From contig CDRNVI010000014.1 in the NCBI GenBank assembly GCA_977017575.1, forward strand, positions 186,001 through 250,000: 64,000 nucleotides of DNA. The letters are read 5' to 3'. The position numbers and the translations under genes are program-made. This document shows positions 58,076 to 64,000 of the stretch, in pieces. The stretch comes from Paramoeba atlantica (lineage: Eukaryota; Protista; Discosea). Every line of letters begins with the position of its first letter. The stretch's first letter is position 1. The notes under the pieces were generated by a model. That model did not search any database. It worked only from the letters and a program-made list of their open reading frames with translations, and had not been told where the DNA came from.

Positions 58076-58420
58076 TTGCCTTCCATGGAATTACCTCCGC
58101 CTGATGAATCGAGTGATCCATACGTGGATCCAACACCAGAGCTGTATGAACGCCTGCGTGAGTGGGTTGTGCACGGTATTAAACGTGTGCTGAAGCGACC
58201 ATGTACGATTTCCCTTAAGGTCCCGCTAGAGAAGTTTACTTCCCTCCCCCCAAAAGAAATTATGGATCGTTTGGCGGAGGCAGTAACGACGCTCTGTGTG
58301 GAATGGGTGACAAAACGAAAGTTGTTATTGGAAAATCCGACTATCAGTAGTGTTTCCCGGGTATTGTGCGAAGTTCCATTGGACTACACGATTCTCGTAG
58401 AAGCAGTAGTTTTTTTTTGA
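58076..58420 (+). pseudogene. Unknown-family ORF fragment homologous to 1..383
   Basis: Gapless 58-aa alignment with 21 identities to the window-start ORF; ends at a T-run with a premature stop. Confidence 0.45.
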
Positions 58421-59453
58421 TATGGAGTCTCACCGTATCAGAAACCGTGTAGAAAGGTTTTTCGCCTCAATTGATCATCACAAATTATTACACTATAATC
58501 AACATAAAAATGATTTTCTTAAGTCTGCATTCGGTTTGATGCGGAATGCAGAATGTGTGTAATGGGAAGTTGGCAACAGAAGCCTCTACAACGATTCGGT
58601 AGCAATATTGCCATCTACATCGCCAATAGTACAGGAATGGAAGTCGCGAGAGTCTTGCTCGTGTGCTTTTCTCAAGCATGACGGGGGTGACGGGGCGAGT
58701 ATTGATGAGTATGGGGAGGAAGTGAAAAAGATTTTAGAGGAGAAAGGTGTGACAAAAATCGTAAAATGCTCTAGAAAAGGGAAAAAGGGTGCGGAAACTT
58801 ATGAAAAAATGACCAGGAGTGAAATGAAATCCAAAATGAAGCAGCAGAGTGAGTCACATAGACAAAAAAACAAAACGAAAAAACGTAGTAGTTTACTGCG
58901 AAATCGCCGTAAGGCACGTACATTCAAAGAAAATAAACAGACACAATTAGCTACTCTTCATACGTTGTGGTTCCTTGGAACACGGAACACTGTTCCGGGA
59001 ACACGGAACACCGTTCTAAGTACAGTGACGTTAAAAAATGTCTCAATGTTATGAAAAAATACTTTGTTGAGTGACTATTTTTGAAATGAAAGACGAATCG
59101 TTGTCATAGTATATGGGGGTTATGTAGGGGTATGTACCATCACACTGACCATGAGGCCACTGACCATTGATTGAGCGCACCAGATGAGCTTTTCGAATAA
59201 TTTCTTCAGCAAAGTACGTAAATGATTCGCCAGAGCATGTAAAAAATGCGTTTCACCCCTTGTTTCAGCTGTGGTGGCTAAGCAAAAAAGGTTCGTTTTT
59301 TCCGCGTTTTTCAGTAACGAATTGTATTCTTTTTTTGTTTTTTAAGGTTATTTTACCACGATTTATGTATGCTTCTCTCTTTAGGAGTTATCTCAAGGAG
59401 TTACCCTGGAATGCGAGAAAAGAGCCGCTAAAGAAATTAAACTCCTAAATATC

Positions 59454-60720
59454 TTGAACTACCTTCAGCAACGACCCGTTGAAGAAGTACCTTCTTCTGA
59501 TGAAGGGGATTCAGTTATACGGCGTGGGCGTCCCTTAAAGCGCAAGCGTGGAAGAAAACCGCGAGATACCGATTCTCTACCAATCCTAGTCTACGGAAAA
59601 AGGGCGCTCAATGAGGAAGACAAGTTTGCATTCAAAAAGATTCAATCAACGGGACGAGTGCAACGTTGGGAGTTGGGCTACATGTTTTCTCTGGAGCGCA
59701 CGACATGTCGGCGGCTCTGGAATTCTCCTCTCAAAGTTTCCACCGGAGAGGAGCAGGATGAAAGCAATTCCATTATGAAATGGGAACACTACGATGCGGC
59801 TACTGACCTTTTGCCGCAAGCAATTTCTATGTACGGCTCATACCGTACAATTACAGATATTCAATGCGCGTACGTGAAGCTGACAAACTTCAAGATCGTC
59901 CCTTCTCGCAAGAAGGTACGCCAATTATTATTGCACCATAAGTATCACTACGGACCCAAAGTTCATACTCTTTGTCTGAGTGTATCAATGATCGAAGCCC
60001 GAGTTCGCTTTGCACAAGCAACGCTGCAAGAACAGGACAATCGAGACCAATTTTTTTTTTCGCGCCTAATTTTTTCTGACGAAGTTATGATACAGGCCGG
60101 AGACTCATCCAGAAAAACCTGGCAACACCCGGATTCCCCAGTATCCAAATCCCGCACGGACCATCCACCTCAAATAATGTTATGGGGCGCTATGGATGTC
60201 GATTGGAATTTCCTCCATCAGTGGTGTGAATTCAAACCTTTTTACGACGAATATACTCGAAACGGGGGTCAAGGAGAAATTCCTCCAAACGAAGGGCTCG
60301 GAACATTATATTATCGAAGTTGCTTTTTGCAAAAGACGTATCTTCCGTGGGAAAAGATAGGAAACAAAATTTTTATGGACGATAACGCGCCTGGGCACAA
60401 GTGCCATACTAACAATCGCCTGGTGGAAATCTCATCCCCGGGTTGAGGCTCTGCGGCTTTGTAAAGAGGTGAAGAGTGCTCAGACTCTCCCAAGATGGCC
60501 AGCAGACTCCCCGGATCTAAACCCAATAGAAAATCTCAGGAGTATTCTCAAGCTGTACAAGAATAAACATAGACCAAATACCGTGAGTGAAATAAAGGAA
60601 GTGTTCGATCGATACTTAAAGTCTCCTGCTTGTCGGAAGGAATGTTATAAACTGCACCGTACTTTTAAAAAACGAATGGAAATGGTTATTTTGTATGGAG
60701 GAAAGAAGATCCCTTACTGA
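59454..60720 (+). pseudogene. Tc1-like (IS630/Tc1) transposase with one frameshift near 60410
   Basis: IFSDEV, IMLWGAM, FMDDNAPGH in 59454..60446; WPADSPDLNPIEN and GG.K.PY* in 60469..60720. Confidence 0.85.
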
Positions 60721-60919
60721 AATACTACAGTGAATATTTCATTCACTTTAGTATTTCGATAGAAATTATGCAACTTTCTGCAAGTTCTAGTTCAGAGGAA
60801 CATGTTTATGTATTTGTATCTCTGTGAAAACCGCGGTTTGCCTTTGACAAAATTTTCAAAAAAAAAATTAATTTTTCTTTTTCTTTTCGATGTTAAAGCT
60901 GAAGAAAACAGGATGATTA

Positions 60920-61435
60920 TAGCCAAAAATAGCCGATTTTTGGTAAAAATGGGGCCATTTTTGCGTATTTTTGCTGTCAGAGCACTAAATCCAACATTTG
61001 CGCGCGGGAAATCACTCGTAGGCAGGAATGAAAGCCTACCAAACGTATTGGGTAGAGAATACGACTCCAACCACACCATTTTTTCGACCCAAAAAGGCCG
61101 CTTGGGGTCCGAAAAATACTTTTTTGCCCTTTTTTAGTCAAAAATGGGCCATTTTCGCGGGCATACCACGGCTCGAAGAAGAGATAGCCTGCGAAAACAA
61201 CTGCGGAGAAAGCTTGTATAGGTCCCAAACTATAAAAATACAATAGGGGAAACGATTTTGGAAAAATATTTTTATCCTTTTTTTTCGCCAAGTTGAAATT
61301 TTTTTCAAAATTTTTTTTCCGAAAAAATCCAAACTTGGCGGACCCGTCCCGCGCATATGCGCGGGGACCACCCCCGGGTAGGGGGGTGGAAAATGCGCGC
61401 CAAGGCCCCGGCTACCCCTTCTGCGGGTTTGTTTC
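60920..61435. repeat. About 0.5-kb dispersed repeat shared with 6575..7075
   Basis: Shared motifs GAAATCACTCGTAGGC, AACGTATTGGGTAGAGAAT.CGACTCCAACCACACCATT, AACTTGGCGGACCCGTCC, CACCCCCGGGTAGGGGGGTGGAAAAT. Confidence 0.85.
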
Positions 61436-61480
61436 GAAAAATATTTTTTTTAAAAAAATTTCGTGCGGTATGCCCCGGCA

Positions 61481-62238
61481 CCCGCACCCTTATCTGTCAT
61501 AGAAACTCGCACCCTTATCTGTCATAAATGCACCCTTATCTGTCATAATGCACCCTTATCTGTCATACTACACCCTTATCTGTCATACAGCATCTCAATA
61601 ATTAGTATCAAAAAATTCATACTTTTTCAATTGGGCTTCTTTTTCGCGTCCACAGCTCCGGTTTTTTCTCTCTTTATGATATCTAGACCTTGTCGTATCT
61701 GGGATTTCTGTGGTTTGTCTCGGTGTCGTCCAATACAACTGATCATCACCTAGGGCTTCGCAAATTGCTTCCCACGAACTCAGCGTCACACTTTGACGTG
61801 ACTCATTGGCCCGGCCGGCCCCTCCGTGCGTTCGGCCTCTCATATTCCCCAAAACAACTACCACCTTCCCCCCATTTATCAGGGGTCGCTGGCGCGACCC
61901 CCGCTAAATAGGGGGGGAAGGTGGTAGTTGTGGGGTATGGAGGCCTCTCGCAACTCCGGGGCCTCACCGGGAGCACAATTGAGGTTACCTATTTTTTATG
62001 TTAACTGTGCAGCAAAATTGTAAATTTTTGGAAGGGGTTGAAATTTTTTTTAGGGGTCGACTTGTTTTTAATCGGTTTATGACAGATAAGGGTGCGGCTT
62101 ATATGACAGATAAGGGTGCGGCTTATATGACAGATAAGGGTGCATTATGACAGATAAGGGTGCTGTATGACAGATAAGGGTGCGAGTTTCTATGACAGAT
62201 AAGGGTGCCGCGTTTATGACAGATAAGGGTGCGAGTGG
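61481..62238. mobile_element. Foldback-like element with inverted subterminal arrays
   Basis: Five copies of CACCCTTATCTGTCATA on the left (61485..61587) and seven inverted copies TATGACAGATAAGGGTG on the right (62078..62233); no clear TSD. Confidence 0.75.
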
Positions 62239-63038
62239 GCCCCCCTAGACCCCCTATTTCTTTTCAATTTTTTTTTCAATTTTGGACCACCGGAGCCCCC
62301 TTTTATATTTTTTTCCTTAGTACTGTATATTACTGTATTCCTCTTTATATTTTCACTGTTTTTGTTCACTTTTCTTTTCAATAATCGAGGGTAGAGCGGT
62401 AGTTTTACAACCGCCGCAATAGTAATTACTAAAGTTACTATTTAAAAAGTAGTGATTGCTACTTTTATTCCTTGAGAAGAGCTTAGATCAAGTAGTTAGT
62501 GATTTTTCTTCCAGCTGCTTTCAGGGGTGTGGATTTCGTCTTAATGAAGGAACTTGGAGTGGACGAAAATCACCCAGATCTACTAAAATCCCAGTTTACC
62601 CCCCAGTGAGCTTGCTGCGCTATCATACATGTAATTCTAAAGAATATTCTAGTAGAATATTCTGTAGTGACTTTGAATGGGCTCCAATCTTTCAAATTTT
62701 GGAATTATTGTTTTATGGTACTCAGAACGATTTTAAATTGAAAAGTAGTCGAAGTGGTCATTTCTTTTTTGTTTGTGCCGTTTGAGCGCAGGTGACCCGA
62801 AATCTTTGATGATTGACAATCGTAGATTTAGGAAACGAATCGGTGCGCACGTCCTTGACAGAGCATCGCACACAACACAGAATACTCCAAATTTTCGACG
62901 AATCAGCGTTTCCTCAGCAAGAAGCATTGAAAGAACAACCTTCTACCACTAGAGGTCAAACCGAAAAATGACGATGCCAAAGAAGTAGGCGTTAGAGTTT
63001 CGCATGCGAATTGCTAAAACTGCTCATTCTCATGCTCC

Positions 63039-63995
63039 CTACAGCAAATGACACAAGACGGCAACTACGGCAAGTATCGTAACAAAGCCTACCGAAATCC
63101 TCGGCTCCTCATAGGGTCCCGTTTTCATATGCTGCGCAGGTTTTAAACGCGCATACTCGGGAAACGGCAACAACCGCGTCCGCTGAAGTCCTAATTCCTG
63201 TAAATACGGAGGGAGTCGTGAGACATCCACCCCTCCGACAAAATCGTTCCCGTGGAGATAGAGTCCATGCAGGGTTCGAGGCAGTCGTAACAGGGAGATT
63301 CGCCCAGAGAGCGCGTTATCCCCTAGATGGAGGTTACGCAGCAGCCGAGGGAGGTGCTCCAAGTCCACGGTGCCATGGAACCTATTGTTCCCGAGGTGAA
63401 GGTTTTGTAATTTTGCCGGAAGCGATGTGAGGTCGAGCTCCCCTTGAAACTCATTCTGGGAGCCAAAAAAGTTTTCCATACTGGGTGGCAGCGAGCCTAG
63501 ATCCAGGGAGCCGGCGAATGAGTTCAAATTCAAAAACGCGTTGGTCATTTCCTCCCCCAGACACCGTAGCTCCACCTCCCCTCGGAGTTCATTCCCGGTA
63601 AGATGGAGATAGCGCACGGTGGAAGGTAGGTGGTGCCACGTGAGGTTACCCCGGAGCATTAAATAGTGCCATATCAGTCGCACCACACGCTGGTCCGCAT
63701 CACAGGCGACGTGCCGCCACGTGCAGGCTTTCTGGGAGGGCTTCCAGCTGTGGTGAAGATTCTCGTGGACGTGCTGGAGGAAAAGCAGCAGTGAGGTCTC
63801 TGGAGGGAGCATCGTATGACGTGCCTTCCCGAGCCGACTGCCTGAGGAGTGTGAAGGGGTAGGTTCGTATGTGAATACAGGAAGGATAGGGGTCATGTAA
63901 TATGGAAAGAGTTTAGGAAACAATGTCTGGATTGTAGTGTCCATATAGATTCGATTCTGTTTGTTACAGAAGAATAAAATGAAAAATAAACGCAA
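63039..63995 (-). CDS. Leucine-rich repeat protein (family copy 6) with a hydrophobic C-terminal tail
   Basis: GKARHTMLPPETSL, WKPSQKACTWRHVAC cap, LRRs, ending ISVGFVTILAVVAVLCHLL. Real start probably an internal Met (MDTTIQ or MTPILP). Confidence 0.88.
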   Translation of the reverse strand: MRLFFILFFCNKQNRIYMDTTIQTLFPKLFPYYMTPILPVFTYEPTPSHSSGSRLGKARHTMLPPETSLLLFLQHVHENLHHSWKPSQKACTWRHVACDADQRVVRLIWHYLMLRGNLTWHHLPSTVRYLHLTGNELRGEVELRCLGEEMTNAFLNLNSFAGSLDLGSLPPSMENFFGSQNEFQGELDLTSLPAKLQNLHLGNNRFHGTVDLEHLPRLLRNLHLGDNALSGRISLLRLPRTLHGLYLHGNDFVGGVDVSRLPPYLQELGLQRTRLLPFPEYARLKPAQHMKTGPYEEPRISVGFVTILAVVAVLCHLL

Positions 63996-64000
63996 AATAT

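Noticed and set aside
1-64000. tRNA, rRNA, snRNA genes or telomeric arrays
   Set aside because: No cloverleaf with a T-loop consensus, no rRNA or U-snRNA signature and no TTAGGG array were recognised by eye; a covariance-model scan could still find divergent ones.

Overview
Eukaryotic, intron-free, very transposon-rich window. All recognisable host genes lie on the minus strand: transportin (frameshifted at a C-run), six members of one LRR protein family, a histone-fold (TAF12-like) ORF, a DUF229 sulfatase-like protein, a class-3 lipase homologue with Cys in place of the catalytic Ser, a TRIP4/Rqt4-type C2HC5 zinc-finger protein, a small putative mitochondrial membrane protein and CCT-theta. 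This co-directional, intronless layout plus a euglenozoan spliced-leader-like 36-mer suggests a kinetoplastid-like protist (inference; the LRR family recalls Perkinsela-type organisms). Mobile DNA includes a pogo/Tigger-type element carrying two intact tandem transposase genes, two inverted 1.5 kb pogo derivatives each carrying a TTA-flanked Harbinger-type insertion, hAT elements with perfect 8-bp TSDs, a hAT transposase relic, Merlin and Tc1 relics, many MITEs, CRE-like remnants and a HERO/R2-like RT-RLE retrotransposon. Most interesting signals: (i) the retrotransposon ORF begins immediately after a spliced-leader-like sequence, (ii) sharp C-rich to G-rich skew inversions inside two housekeeping genes about 46 kb apart, strong enough to reshape the proteins, (iii) the transposase dimer made by recombination between subterminal repeats. 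All family assignments are from motif recognition by eye, not database searches.
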